Positions 7,312-17,939 of a stretch of DNA of 26,691 nt are shown here, piece after piece. The stretch comes from a virus (Duplodnaviria > Caudoviricetes), in IMG/VR virus record IMGVR_UViG_3300012953_000188, positions 1-26,691 of that record. One strand, 5' to 3'. Within the stretch, counting starts at the first letter, position 1. Each line of letters begins with the position of its first letter. A program made the translations under genes and the position numbers. The notes beneath the pieces are model-generated. The model did not search any database. It had not been told where the DNA came from and saw only the letters and a list, made by a program, of their open reading frames with translations.

Positions 7312-9823
7312 TTTTTATACTAACGTAATCATCTTTGGTGATACTGCGTTGGTAAGGGGATATCGAAACGGTGAGCGTGTGCAATACCGTGAGAAGACAT
7401 CCCCTTCACTGTTTCTAGTGCCTGCTAATCAGTCGAAGAAGTCAAAATATAAGACATTAGATGGTAGATATGCACATAAGAAAAAGTTTGATGGTGTCCG
7501 TGAGGCAAGAGACTTTCTGCAGAGATACTCTGATGTAGAGGGCATGGAAGTGCATGGGTATGAGAGGTTTGTATTCCAACATATCGCTCAGAAATACCCT
7601 ACTCGTGTCAACTATGACATGAAGAAGATGGGTATATGGACTATTGATATTGAGGTTGCATGTGAGAATGGTTTCCCTGATGTAGATGCGTGTCAAGAGG
7701 ACATGCTATGCATTACCATGAAGAATATGATGACTAAGAAGATCATCACATGGGGGACAAGAGAGTATACACCACCAGAAACTGTAGAGTATCGTGTATT
7801 TAATACTGAGCATGAGATGCTACAGGATTTCCATAAATTCTGGGTGCATAATACCCCTGATATCATCACAGGATGGAATAATAACTTCTATGACATGCCT
7901 TATATCTGTCGTAGGATTGAAAAGATTTTAGGTGACAAGTGGATGAAGAGTTTGTCCCCTTGGAATGTAGTAAAAGAGCGTGCAATAACTGTGCAAGGAC
8001 GGACTAATCTTGTCTATGATATTCTTGGTGTCACTATCCTAGATTACCTTGATCTATACAGAAAGTTTACTTATTCTGCACAAGAATCATATAGTCTAGA
8101 GCATATATCCACTGTTGAATTGGGGGAGCATAAACTAGACCACAGCATGTATGAAAACTTTAAAGACTTCTATACATCTGACTGGCAAAAGTTTGTAGAT
8201 TATAACATTCATGACGTTGAGTTGGTTGATCAACTAGAAAGCAAGATGAAACTTGTTGAGTTGGCAGTCACCATGGCATATGATGCTAAAGTAAACATTG
8301 ATGATGTATTCTCACAGGTAAAGATGTGGGATACTCTCATATATAATGACTTGAGTGCAAAGAATATTGTTGTGCCCCCTAAGCATACAGCAGAGAAGGA
8401 CGACAAATATGCAGGTGCATATGTAAAAGAGCCTGTGCCAGGTGTGTATGATTGGGTGTGTAATTTTGACTTGAATAGTCTATATCCACACCTTATTATG
8501 CAATATAATATCTCCCCTGAGACACTTATAGATGAGAGACATCCACAGGTATCAGTAGAGAAGATTCTTAACAAGGATTTTGTAGCACATAAGGAGTATG
8601 CAGTCTGTGCTAATGGTGCTCAGTATCGTAAAGACATACATGGATTCCTCCCTAAGATAATGCAGAGGATATATGATGAGAGAAAGATATTTAAGAAGAA
8701 AATGATTGCCTGCAAACAGAAGTTTGAGGAGACAGGTAACACTAGTCTATTGAATGATATATCCACATATAATAACATTCAAATGGCAAGGAAGATACAA
8801 CTTAATAGTGCCTATGGTGCTATTGGAAACCAGTACTTCCGTTACTACAACTTGGCAAACGCTGAGGCAATTACTTTGTCTGGTCAAGTCTCTATCCGTT
8901 GGATAGAGAATGAGATTAACAAGTTTCTAAATAAATTATTAAGCACCGAAGGTAAGGATTATGTTATTGCTAGTGATACCGATTCCATTTATTTGCATAT
9001 GGGTCCTCTGGTTGAAAAAGTATTCAAGGACAGAGAGAAAGGCGATAAGGACATTGTTAGGTTCCTTACGAAGGTGTGTGACGTGGAATTTGAAAAGTAT
9101 ATTCAAAATTCTTACGAAGAATTGGCAACCTATGTAAATGCCTACGAGCAGAAGATGTTTATGAAGAGAGAAAACATCGCTAATCGTGGTCTATGGACAG
9201 CAAAGAAGAGATATATTCTAAACGTATGGGATAGTGAGGGTGTCTTGTATCATGAGCCTACCCTAAAGATCATGGGTATTGAAGCAGTCAAGTCTTCAAC
9301 ACCATCATCATGTCGTGGTGCCCTTAGGGACGTCCTTAAACTCATGATGAATACGGATGAGAAGGAGGTGCAGCGTTTTGTCAAACAGTTTGAGAAAAAG
9401 TTTAAGTCACTACCTACAGATGAGATTGCATTTCCTAGGTCATGCAACAACTTACAAAAATATCACCACCCTAAGAAGTTGTATGGAGCACATTGCCCCA
9501 TTCATGTCCGAGGTGTGCTATTATATAATAACTCTATCAAAGAGCAGAAACTTACACACAAGTATCCCCTCGTAAAGGAGGGTGAAAAGATCAAGTATGT
9601 CTTCCTTAAGACACCTAATAAACTTGGTCGTCATGGGGAGAAGGGTGACTTCCAAAACGTCATCTCTTTCTTTAGGACTCTACCTCCCGAGTTTAAACTC
9701 GAGGATTATATTGATTATGATATGCAATTTAATAAAGCATTTCTTGATCCACTTACCGTTATCCTTGATCAGATCGGATGGTCTGCAAGGAGACGTGCAA
9801 CACTAGAAGCAATGTTTGGTTAA
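7304..9823 (+). CDS. gp43: DNA polymerase family B (T4 gp43-like)
   Basis: Exonuclease motifs DIEV, GWN..FYD and YNIHDV; polymerase motifs [17 protein letters not shown] and SDTDS; KKRY. Confidence 0.98.
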   Translation: MSDFYTNVIIFGDTALVRGYRNGERVQYREKTSPSLFLVPANQSKKSKYKTLDGRYAHKKKFDGVREARDFLQRYSDVEGMEVHGYERFVFQHIAQKYPTRVNYDMKKMGIWTIDIEVACENGFPDVDACQEDMLCITMKNMMTKKIITWGTREYTPPETVEYRVFNTEHEMLQDFHKFWVHNTPDIITGWNNNFYDMPYICRRIEKILGDKWMKSLSPWNVVKERAITVQGRTNLVYDILGVTILDYLDLYRKFTYSAQESYSLEHISTVELGEHKLDHSMYENFKDFYTSDWQKFVDYNIHDVELVDQLESKMKLVELAVTMAYDAKVNIDDVFSQVKMWDTLIYNDLSAKNIVVPPKHTAEKDDKYAGAYVKEPVPGVYDWVCNFDLNSLYPHLIMQYNISPETLIDERHPQVSVEKILNKDFVAHKEYAVCANGAQYRKDIHGFLPKIMQRIYDERKIFKKKMIACKQKFEETGNTSLLNDISTYNNIQMARKIQLNSAYGAIGNQYFRYYNLANAEAITLSGQVSIRWIENEINKFLNKLLSTEGKDYVIASDTDSIYLHMGPLVEKVFKDREKGDKDIVRFLTKVCDVEFEKYIQNSYEELATYVNAYEQKMFMKRENIANRGLWTAKKRYILNVWDSEGVLYHEPTLKIMGIEAVKSSTPSSCRGALRDVLKLMMNTDEKEVQRFVKQFEKKFKSLPTDEIAFPRSCNNLQKYHHPKKLYGAHCPIHVRGVLLYNNSIKEQKLTHKYPLVKEGEKIKYVFLKTPNKLGRHGEKGDFQNVISFFRTLPPEFKLEDYIDYDMQFNKAFLDPLTVILDQIGWSARRRATLEAMFG

Positions 9824-9825
9824 TT

Positions 9826-10842
9826 ATGACAAGTAGTTTTTTTACTGAAATCGTAAAGGAGATTGATAATGAATATGCAGCAGTTGCCAGTGATGGTATC
9901 TCTGCAGGTGACATTACTCAGTATGTTGATACTGGATCTTATATACTCAATGGTTTATTGAGTGGCAGTATCTTTGGTGGTCTACCTTCTAATAAGATCA
10001 CAGCACTAGCAGGTGAAAGCAGCACAGGTAAAACATTCTTTGCCTTGAGTGTTGTCCGTCACTTCCTAGAGACTGACCCTGATGCAGGTGTCATCTATTT
10101 TGAGTCTGAATCTGCTATCAGTAAGCAAATGATTGAGTCTCGTGGTATTGACTCTAGACGTATGATCATTGTCCCTGTTACAACAGTGCAAGAGTTTCGC
10201 ACACAGGCAGTCAAGATTGTAGATAAATATCTGAAGCAAAAAGATGATCGCAAACCTCTTATGTTTGTGTTGGATTCTTTGGGTATGCTGTCTACCTCAA
10301 AAGAGATTGAGGATACTGAAGCGGGTAAAGAAACTCGTGACATGACAAGAGCACAAATTTTAAAAGGTGCATTCCGAGTATTGACATTGAAGCTAGGTCT
10401 TGCTAATGTACCTATGATCGTGACAAATCATACTTATGATGTTGTTGGATCATACATCCCCACAAAAGAGATGGGTGGTGGTAGTGGATTGAAATATGCT
10501 GCTTCAACTATAGTATATCTTTCTAAAAAGAAAGAGAAAGACGGCACTGATGTCGTTGGAAATATTATTAAAGTCAAGGCAGCAAAGTCAAGACTTACTA
10601 AAGAAAACGCACAGGTAGAAACGAGGTTATTCTATGACGAACGAGGTCTTGACAAATATTACGGACTACTGGAGTTGGGTGAAAAGTATGGAGTCTTCGA
10701 GCGGGTTGGGAATCGTTATCGCATTGGCGAGTCTAGCGTATATCCTAAATCAATCCTTGCCGATCCAGAAAAGTATTTCACCAAAGAAGTAATGCAAGCA
10801 CTAGACGAGAGTGCACAAAAAGAATTCAAGTATGGAGAGTAA
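9826..10842 (+). CDS. uvsX: RecA-like recombinase UvsX
   Basis: Walker [30 protein letters not shown]; start moved to ATG 9826 after the gp43 stop. Confidence 0.95.
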   Translation: MTSSFFTEIVKEIDNEYAAVASDGISAGDITQYVDTGSYILNGLLSGSIFGGLPSNKITALAGESSTGKTFFALSVVRHFLETDPDAGVIYFESESAISKQMIESRGIDSRRMIIVPVTTVQEFRTQAVKIVDKYLKQKDDRKPLMFVLDSLGMLSTSKEIEDTEAGKETRDMTRAQILKGAFRVLTLKLGLANVPMIVTNHTYDVVGSYIPTKEMGGGSGLKYAASTIVYLSKKKEKDGTDVVGNIIKVKAAKSRLTKENAQVETRLFYDERGLDKYYGLLELGEKYGVFERVGNRYRIGESSVYPKSILADPEKYFTKEVMQALDESAQKEFKYGE

Positions 10843-11407
10843 TCTAAAGGACTTTATCAGAGTATATGACAATGTGCTCGACCTAAACGTATGCAATAAT
10901 GCTATCAAACTCTTTGAAGAGAATGAAGAAGCACAAGATCGTTGGGAGCAGTCACACAAACCTCAATTCACACAGATGAATGTCACCCTTCTCGCTGAGA
11001 AGGATGGTAACAAGGCATGGGGTGTCATACAAAATGAATTAATAAAGTCTATTCAATCAACATCTGAATTATACATGCGTGATACAGCATGCTCACCATT
11101 CTGGCCACCCAAGAATAGTATTGAGCAGATCCGTATGAAAAAGTATTCGGTTGACACTGAAGATCGATTTGATATTCACATTGATGTGGGTGACTATGCT
11201 ACAGCACGTCGCTTCCTTGTTATGTTTTTCTATCTTAATACTGTAGAAGAGGGAGGTGAAACATCATTCCCTAATCTAGAGATGAAGATCAAACCTAAAC
11301 AGGGTAGTGTGTTATGCTTCCCTCCTCTATGGATGTATCCTCATCTCGGTGAGCAACCTATTAGTAATGACAAGTACATTATAGGCACCTACTTACACTA
11401 TCAATAA
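10832..11407 (+). CDS. 2OG-Fe(II) oxygenase (prolyl 4-hydroxylase-like)
   Basis: HxD (HID), FYLN.VEEGGET.F, distal His (YPHLG) and KYII; start likely ATG 10832. Confidence 0.88.
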   Translation: MESNLKDFIRVYDNVLDLNVCNNAIKLFEENEEAQDRWEQSHKPQFTQMNVTLLAEKDGNKAWGVIQNELIKSIQSTSELYMRDTACSPFWPPKNSIEQIRMKKYSVDTEDRFDIHIDVGDYATARRFLVMFFYLNTVEEGGETSFPNLEMKIKPKQGSVLCFPPLWMYPHLGEQPISNDKYIIGTYLHYQ

Positions 11408-12774
11408 TGCCAGGTATAGAAGAAATTGTAATTAGTAATCTGATTCTTAATGCAGATTACATGAGAAAGGTCTTACCTTTTATTAAGGAAGAATACTTTG
11501 AAGATATATCACAAAAGGTGGTATTTAATGAGGTATCTACCTTTATCTCTGACTATGACAACATTCCTGAGCCTAATGCTATCGCTCTAGAAGTTGAGAA
11601 ACGTAAAGATTTAACAGAGGATGCTGTTAATACGGTGTTAGATATACTTAGAGGACTAGATAAGACAGAATACAACGAAGAATGGTTACTTGATACCACA
11701 GAGAAGTGGTGCAAGGAGAGAGCGATATATAATGCTCTTATGGAGTCCGTCCAGATCGCTGATGGTCAAGATAAGACTCGTAATCAAGAAGCAATTCCGA
11801 CCATCATGTCGGACGCACTTAGTGTGTGCTTTGATGACCACGTTGGACATGACTACATTGAGGATTCAGAGTCAAGATATGACTTCTATCACAGAAAGGA
11901 AGAAAAGATCCCATTTGATCTTGAGTTTCTTAACAAAATCACAAAAGGTGGTTTACCTAATAAGACTCTTAATATCGCACTCGCTGGTACTGGTGTCGGG
12001 AAGTCTTTATTCATGTGCCACATGGCTAGTGCCTCGCTCTTGCAGGGCAGGAACGTACTCTACATTACACTTGAAATGGCAGAGGAGAAAATTGCTGAGC
12101 GAATTGATGCCAACCTCCTCGACATCCCTATCCAAACACTAAGCGATCCTTTATTCAGTAAAGGAAAGTATCAGTCTAAGATAGAAGGATTGTCACAGAA
12201 GACACAGGGTCGTCTTGTCATTAAAGAATACCCTACAGCGTCAGCACATGTTGGACATTTCAAGTCACTACTCAATGAGTTGTCACTTAAGAAAGGTTTC
12301 CATCCCGATATTATCTTTGTAGACTATCTAAACATATGTGCGTCTTCAAGATACAAGAATAACATAGTAAATTCCTATACCTATGTCAAAGCAATCGCAG
12401 AAGAATTACGAGGACTGGCAGGAGAATTCAACGTACCCATCGTCTCCGCTACACAGACAACGAGGTCTGGTTATGGGAGCAGTGATGTCGAGCTTACCGA
12501 TACTAGTGAGTCTTTCGGTCTACCTGCTACTGCTGATCTTATGTTTGCACTTATTGCTACCGAAGATCTAGAAGCCATGAATCAAATCATGGTCAAGCAG
12601 TTAAAGAATAGATACAATGACCCTACAGTTAATAAGAGATTCGTTTTGGGTATTGACAGAGCGAAGATGAGGCTGTATGATTGTGAGCAGAGTGCTCAAG
12701 ATAATATTCTTGATAGCAATCAAGAAGAATTTACAACTGATACCAAATCTAAATTCCAAGGTTTTAAAATATGA
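11407..12774 (+). CDS. gp41: Replicative DNA helicase (T4 gp41-like, DnaB family)
   Basis: Walker A AGTGVGKS, YITLEM, IFVDYL, SATQTTR, SESFGLPATAD, KNRY. Confidence 0.97.
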   Translation: MPGIEEIVISNLILNADYMRKVLPFIKEEYFEDISQKVVFNEVSTFISDYDNIPEPNAIALEVEKRKDLTEDAVNTVLDILRGLDKTEYNEEWLLDTTEKWCKERAIYNALMESVQIADGQDKTRNQEAIPTIMSDALSVCFDDHVGHDYIEDSESRYDFYHRKEEKIPFDLEFLNKITKGGLPNKTLNIALAGTGVGKSLFMCHMASASLLQGRNVLYITLEMAEEKIAERIDANLLDIPIQTLSDPLFSKGKYQSKIEGLSQKTQGRLVIKEYPTASAHVGHFKSLLNELSLKKGFHPDIIFVDYLNICASSRYKNNIVNSYTYVKAIAEELRGLAGEFNVPIVSATQTTRSGYGSSDVELTDTSESFGLPATADLMFALIATEDLEAMNQIMVKQLKNRYNDPTVNKRFVLGIDRAKMRLYDCEQSAQDNILDSNQEEFTTDTKSKFQGFKI

Positions 12775-13436
12775 AGGTTAATCCTGGCGGTTTCGCTCCT
12801 GCACCTGATACAGGTGGTGGTGACGACATCCAAGACAAAGCAGAAAAGTTTTCTAATGCAGCAACTGATGCTGCTGAGAATTTTGAGCAGGCAGCAAAAG
12901 ACGCTGCAGCACAGGCACCTAAAGATGCTAAAGAAGTTGCTAACGATCCACGTTTCAACAGTGCATACAAGACCAAGCAAAAGGTCAGAAAGAAAATGGC
13001 AGACGCAGAGGAATCTGGTCAACCAACAGAAATTAAAATTGACTTCGATCGCTACGCTGACTTTGTGAATCAAACATGCTCTAATCCTAGTAAGGACTAT
13101 GCTATATTCAGACAACGCATGGATGAGTTGGAAGCAAACGGTTGTAAGATTCACCGTCTAGACACTGCTGCATCTGGTATGTCTGCAGAAGGTGGTGAGT
13201 TTATGGAGATCGTAAAGAAATTAAAATACCAAGGCAAACCTTGGAATGAAGATACAAAGGATCATCTTATTAAAGAGTTGGGTGATGTATTGTGGTATGC
13301 ACAGAATGCATGTGCTGCACTAGACATCCGTATGGATGAAGTAATCTATATCAACACACTTAAACTAGCAGCACGCTATCCTAAGATGAAGTTTGATGAA
13401 TACTATTCAGAGAATAGAAAACCAGGCGATATCTAA
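12771..13436 (+). CDS. mazG: MazG-like nucleotide pyrophosphohydrolase with N-terminal extension
   Basis: GMSAEGGEFMEIVKK and KELGDVLWY (EXXE...EXXD), N..KL..RYP; conserved position after gp41. Confidence 0.9.
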   Translation: MKVNPGGFAPAPDTGGGDDIQDKAEKFSNAATDAAENFEQAAKDAAAQAPKDAKEVANDPRFNSAYKTKQKVRKKMADAEESGQPTEIKIDFDRYADFVNQTCSNPSKDYAIFRQRMDELEANGCKIHRLDTAASGMSAEGGEFMEIVKKLKYQGKPWNEDTKDHLIKELGDVLWYAQNACAALDIRMDEVIYINTLKLAARYPKMKFDEYYSENRKPGDI

Positions 13437-13922
13437 ATGAAGGTCATTGATAATTTTATAGACGATTATCAACAAGACGAAATTCATAATCTCTTGTTGG
13501 GTAACGAATTTCCGTGGTCATACTGTCGTAGAATAGTGTCAAGTGATCCTGACTCACGATCACAGATGGTGCACATGTTTTACAACAATGGATTCCCACA
13601 GTCTGAGTATGTACAAGACCGTGCTATGATGCCACTGCTAGTAGAATTAGATGCGTGTGCACTAATTAAGATTAAAGCAAACTTGCAACTAAAAACAGAC
13701 TTCCCCTCGTCATCAAAGACACACTTAGATCATACATTCCCCAATGCAATGACTGCAATTTACTATGTAAATAGTAACGATGGTTATACAATGGTGGGAG
13801 ATCAAAAAGTAGAGTCTGTTAAAGGTAGAGCAGTTATATTCCCATCCTCCACTATACACTTTGGCACATCATCCACTCAGGATAGATGTGTAATTAACTT
13901 TAATTATTTTCCCCAAAAATGA
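13437..13922 (+). CDS. Putative 2OG-Fe(II) oxygenase
   Basis: VIDNFID N-terminus, HLD, AIYYVNSNDGYT, distal His (IHFG) and RCVINFNY. Confidence 0.75.
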   Translation: MKVIDNFIDDYQQDEIHNLLLGNEFPWSYCRRIVSSDPDSRSQMVHMFYNNGFPQSEYVQDRAMMPLLVELDACALIKIKANLQLKTDFPSSSKTHLDHTFPNAMTAIYYVNSNDGYTMVGDQKVESVKGRAVIFPSSTIHFGTSSTQDRCVINFNYFPQK

Positions 13923-14158
13923 TTTGGAAGATATGGAAGTATGCACTCGGTAGTTTTGCTGATGAAAAAACGAAAGACTATGATAATTATGTGGTCATTG
14001 TACGATCTATTATCTTTGTTAGTTATCTCGTCACTAATTGTTTTATTGTCAGCGGGGTAATTCGCCACTGGAATAATAGATCTGAGTGCGATAAATATAG
14101 TTATGGCACGCAAGAAAGACAACGAGCCTCTACTGGACGGAGAGGGCAACTCGGCTAG
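13919..14158 (+). CDS. Small hypothetical membrane protein
   Basis: ATGA-coupled to the previous gene; WKYALGSF.D..T..YD followed by a hydrophobic segment. Confidence 0.65.
   Translation: MIWKIWKYALGSFADEKTKDYDNYVVIVRSIIFVSYLVTNCFIVSGVIRHWNNRSECDKYSYGTQERQRASTGRRGQLG
14091..14097 (+). promoter_or_regulatory. T4-like late promoter ATAAATA
   Basis: 5 nt upstream of ATG 14103, suggesting a nearly leaderless transcript. Confidence 0.55.
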
Positions 14159-14876
14159 ACCGCTGACGATGAATGCTGGCTTCCAGTATGAATTCGATTT
14201 AATTAGATCACTGCGTGATAAAGGTTTTGATGTGTCTGATCCTGCAGGTGCAGACAATGCAAAGGCAGACTTAGAATTAAAAAAAGATACTAATATAATT
14301 AAGTTTGAATTGAAGGAAAAGTTATCTGCTGACTTTGCTCAGATGAATTTTGACTTTGATACTTCTGCCATGAAGTTTACTATTGATAAGAGTAAGTCAA
14401 GTGCTCAGAAAGAAGCAGCACTTACTATGATAGGCATCGCTGAAAATTTTAATATTATAAAGGAAGCAAACGATCATTGGAAACCTAGTAAGAATACACC
14501 TGCTAAGTTTACGTTAAAGAAAGACGCAACCCTTACACAGAGAAAGAAGGGTCTTGAATTAGATCTTAAAAGATTTCCAGATAAGTATTTGGCAGAGGGT
14601 CGTGCAGCAGCAAGAGAAGTAGAAACTTATTACAACTCTAAGAGCACCTTTTACATACAGATAAAAGGAAAAGGACTATATTATATGGGTAGAGATCCAG
14701 AAGGGTATGGATGCCCACGTTTCTCTGACTCAGTAACCAGTAGTAACATCAGGATTCGTCTTAAGACTAACTCTAAATCTAGTGCACGTTGGTCTTTCTT
14801 GATGGCACTTAAGATAAATAACATTCGTCCTAGCACATATGATATGGACGGTGACACTGCCTTCTTATCCACATAA
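14103..14876 (+). CDS. Putative PD-(D/E)xK-family endonuclease
   Basis: GFQYE helix followed by ADLEL and FELK, matching the E...D...ExK pattern. Confidence 0.55.
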   Translation: MARKKDNEPLLDGEGNSARPLTMNAGFQYEFDLIRSLRDKGFDVSDPAGADNAKADLELKKDTNIIKFELKEKLSADFAQMNFDFDTSAMKFTIDKSKSSAQKEAALTMIGIAENFNIIKEANDHWKPSKNTPAKFTLKKDATLTQRKKGLELDLKRFPDKYLAEGRAAAREVETYYNSKSTFYIQIKGKGLYYMGRDPEGYGCPRFSDSVTSSNIRIRLKTNSKSSARWSFLMALKINNIRPSTYDMDGDTAFLST

Positions 14877-14929
14877 AGAAGTGGCACACTACTCCCCCAT
14901 TACATATCAAAGTATAGTATTATAGAAGT

Positions 14930-16120
14930 ATGGCAAAGAATACTCACCTCGAGCATTTAGAAGATGACATTTTTAACACTGGGTCAACTGGTGTTAAGAA
15001 TAGCATTGCCTTTCTAGAGTCTCTTCGTGACATGCTTACCTCAGGAATGGGTGGAGGCAACACGAAGGTCACTGTGAAATGGGATGGTGCTCCTGCTGTT
15101 GTGTGTGGTAAAGATCCACAGACAGGAGAATTCTTTGTTGGCACAAAGTCAGTCTTTAATAAGACGACACCCAAAATAGGATACAATGAAGACTTCATCG
15201 ACTTCCACTACGAAGGTGCTATCAATGGTATCCTCAAGCAATGCTACAAGCAACTTAAGAAACTACCCATTGACGGTATTCTCCAAGGGGATCTCCTCTA
15301 TACTTCTACCCCTCCTCTTGTTACCGTTGGTGGCAAACGAGGTTATAGATTTAAACCCAATACAATCACTTATGTCGTAGATCAGAAGAGCGACATGGGT
15401 GCCAAGGTAGCAAAGTCTACTCTAGGCATTGTCTTTCACACTCGCTACGTTGGTGGTAGCATGGATACTTTGTCTGCAACATTTGGTGCAGATGTAAAAG
15501 GTCTACAGGGTGTCAAAGACATTGCAGTATTCTCCTCAGAATTTACTAACGTAAACGGTGTTGCCAATCTAAGCATCAGTGAGAAGAATGCTATCAATAA
15601 TACTATTAGACAGGCAAAGAGCAACCTAAGATCAGGCAGTAAGTTTCTAGATGTCATTACCAAAGACAAATCTTCTTTCTCTCCTGCTTCTATGTTTAAG
15701 ATTTACTTCAACCAAGTTATCCGTGAAGGCAAGATACCTAACACCTCATCTAAGATGGCACTAGGGTATATAAAATTCCTTGATGACAGGTATAAGAAGG
15801 AAATCATCAAGAAAAAGACTCAGAAAACACAGGATCAATGGGAAAAACGTAGATCGGACTCTGTTTCTTTTCTAAATAGTAACAAGACTATCATGTTTTC
15901 TGCACTCAGTGGGTTTAGAAACCTAATGGACGCAAAGAATATGATTATAAATAAATTGAAAAAGATCGAAGGTGTTGGCACCTTCCTCGAAGACGAGTCG
16001 GGTTATCGTGTAACAAGTCCAGAAGGATTTGTTGCTATCAAAGATGGCACCGCTCTTAAACTCGTTGACAGACTTGAATTCAGTCGTGCCAACTTCACCG
16101 TAGCAAAAGATTGGGGCTAA
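14930..16120 (+). CDS. Conserved cyanophage protein with ligase-like nucleotidyltransferase motifs
   Basis: MAKNTHLEHLED N-terminus; TVKWDG, QGDLLY, EGFV and LKLV. Confidence 0.7.
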   Translation: MAKNTHLEHLEDDIFNTGSTGVKNSIAFLESLRDMLTSGMGGGNTKVTVKWDGAPAVVCGKDPQTGEFFVGTKSVFNKTTPKIGYNEDFIDFHYEGAINGILKQCYKQLKKLPIDGILQGDLLYTSTPPLVTVGGKRGYRFKPNTITYVVDQKSDMGAKVAKSTLGIVFHTRYVGGSMDTLSATFGADVKGLQGVKDIAVFSSEFTNVNGVANLSISEKNAINNTIRQAKSNLRSGSKFLDVITKDKSSFSPASMFKIYFNQVIREGKIPNTSSKMALGYIKFLDDRYKKEIIKKKTQKTQDQWEKRRSDSVSFLNSNKTIMFSALSGFRNLMDAKNMIINKLKKIEGVGTFLEDESGYRVTSPEGFVAIKDGTALKLVDRLEFSRANFTVAKDWG

Positions 16121-17185
16121 ATGCGTTTCCTAGATTTCATTAAAGAAGCAAAAGAGACTAAAACAAAGAAACCCTCACCATCCGCGAAGGGTCAATCTTC
16201 TAGTACAAACAAAAAAAATGATGCTGACCCCCACGTTGCAATTACTTTTGGCAGGTTTAATCCTCCTCATGCTGGCCATGGTAAGTTACTCGATGCTGTT
16301 AGATCTCACGGAGGCGACTCGGGAAACTACAGAATCTACCCTAGCAGATCCCAAGACCACAAAAAGAATCCCCTCACAGCAGATCAAAAAGTAGGTCACA
16401 TGAGGAAGATGTATCCTCAACATAAGGATAAGATACAAAACAACGAGGCACACCGTAATATATTTGACATCCTAAAGGACTTGAATGACGAAGGTCATAA
16501 GCATGTCACTATGGTTGTTGGTGATGACCGAGTAAAAGAATTTGAATCACTTACAAAAAAATATAATAAAATACACTACGACTTTAATACAATAAACATT
16601 AAGTCTGCAGGAGCAAGAGACCCCAAGTCTGAAGATCCTATTGAGAAATTGTCAGCATCAGACATGCGTAAGCATGCTCAAGGTAACGACCATGATTCAT
16701 TCCATGGTGGAATGCCTAAGGGTATTAGCAAGAAGCACAGTGCACAGATGATGGCAGATGTCCTCAAGGGTATGACACCTCCACCTAAGAAAGGTAAGAA
16801 GAAGGATGTCAAGGAGTGGTTTAATGAATCACTATGGGAGTATGCACCTAAACTAGACTACGATACATTCCGTGACTTCTATATGCTCAACCATATCTTT
16901 AAGGTTGGTGCACTAGTAGAGCACGATGATACAGGTTTGACAGGACATGTTGTCCACCGTGGCACAAACTATGTTGTATTCCAAATGCCAGATGGTAGTG
17001 AGCACAAAGCATGGTTGCAGCACATCACAGAGAGAGAAGATCAGTCTAACTATTCTGCTGATGACGGTAGTGGTAACTCATGGAAGGTAGGCACTGACGA
17101 GTATCGTGCAGCAGTCCAAGCAATGACACCTGGTCAAGCAACAATCAAGTTTTCTGACTTTAGAAAGAAGACAAAGACTAAATAA
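16121..17185 (+). CDS. Cytidyltransferase-like (HxGH) nucleotidyltransferase
   Basis: TFGRFNPPHAGHGKL, MVVGDDRV and SAGARDP...LSASDMR. Confidence 0.85.
   Translation: MRFLDFIKEAKETKTKKPSPSAKGQSSSTNKKNDADPHVAITFGRFNPPHAGHGKLLDAVRSHGGDSGNYRIYPSRSQDHKKNPLTADQKVGHMRKMYPQHKDKIQNNEAHRNIFDILKDLNDEGHKHVTMVVGDDRVKEFESLTKKYNKIHYDFNTINIKSAGARDPKSEDPIEKLSASDMRKHAQGNDHDSFHGGMPKGISKKHSAQMMADVLKGMTPPPKKGKKKDVKEWFNESLWEYAPKLDYDTFRDFYMLNHIFKVGALVEHDDTGLTGHVVHRGTNYVVFQMPDGSEHKAWLQHITEREDQSNYSADDGSGNSWKVGTDEYRAAVQAMTPGQATIKFSDFRKKTKTK
17178..17184 (+). promoter_or_regulatory. T4-like late promoter CTAAATA
   Basis: At the end of the upstream gene, 35 nt before ATG 17220. Confidence 0.55.
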
Positions 17186-17219
17186 TAATACGTTTTAACG
17201 ACTAATTCTCTGTAAAGCA

Positions 17220-17939
17220 ATGACTTTAGATATAAAAGTATCTGCTGCACTACTGAAGTATACCTTCTTAGAGCAGAATAAAATTTTCGATGCAATCGAG
17301 ACTGGCACTGTTGACAAGTTGATTAAAAGACTTCAAGAGGGTGCAGAAAAGGTGATCGACATCTTGGATACACATGAAGTGGTAGTAGAAGGATATGGGG
17401 GATTCCCTGTTGAAAAGGAAGCTATCGCTAAGAAGAAGGAAGAGTTTAAGAGAGATAGAAACGTTGGACGTGTTGTCTCCTCAGGTGGAGATCAGATGCT
17501 TGTCACTGGTCGTAAGTCTGATGGTAGATATATTGTTATGGGTAAGGATGGTCGTAAGACTGCTAAAGATGCAGTTGATATTGGTGTCACCGCTAAAGAA
17601 GAAGTGGTTGGTATTGATATAGATGACCTTCACGAGTCCATGAAACAAGCTCGTGCTAATGTAGGTGCCAAGAAATGTTGGACAGGCTACAAGGCAAAGG
17701 GCACCAAGACAAAGGGAGGGAAGCAAGTACCTAACTGTGTCAAGGAAGAAGAGATCGAAGAGAAGAAAGGTCTATGGGATAACATCCATGCCAAGCGTAA
17801 GCGTGGTGAAGCACCTGCTAAAAAGGGTGACAAAGACTATCCAAAAACTCTCGATGTCGAATCTTTCAAGCTGTCGATTAAGGATAAATACGACTGGCGA
17901 AGTAACATTAAAGGTGAATTGAATGAAGCAACCAACTGA
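17220..17939 (+). CDS. Hypothetical Lys/Glu-rich protein, possibly an internal head protein
   Basis: Short modules CWTGYKAKGTKTKGGKQVPNCVKEE and KKGLWDNIHAKRKRGE; late promoter upstream. Confidence 0.72.
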   Translation: MTLDIKVSAALLKYTFLEQNKIFDAIETGTVDKLIKRLQEGAEKVIDILDTHEVVVEGYGGFPVEKEAIAKKKEEFKRDRNVGRVVSSGGDQMLVTGRKSDGRYIVMGKDGRKTAKDAVDIGVTAKEEVVGIDIDDLHESMKQARANVGAKKCWTGYKAKGTKTKGGKQVPNCVKEEEIEEKKGLWDNIHAKRKRGEAPAKKGDKDYPKTLDVESFKLSIKDKYDWRSNIKGELNEATN

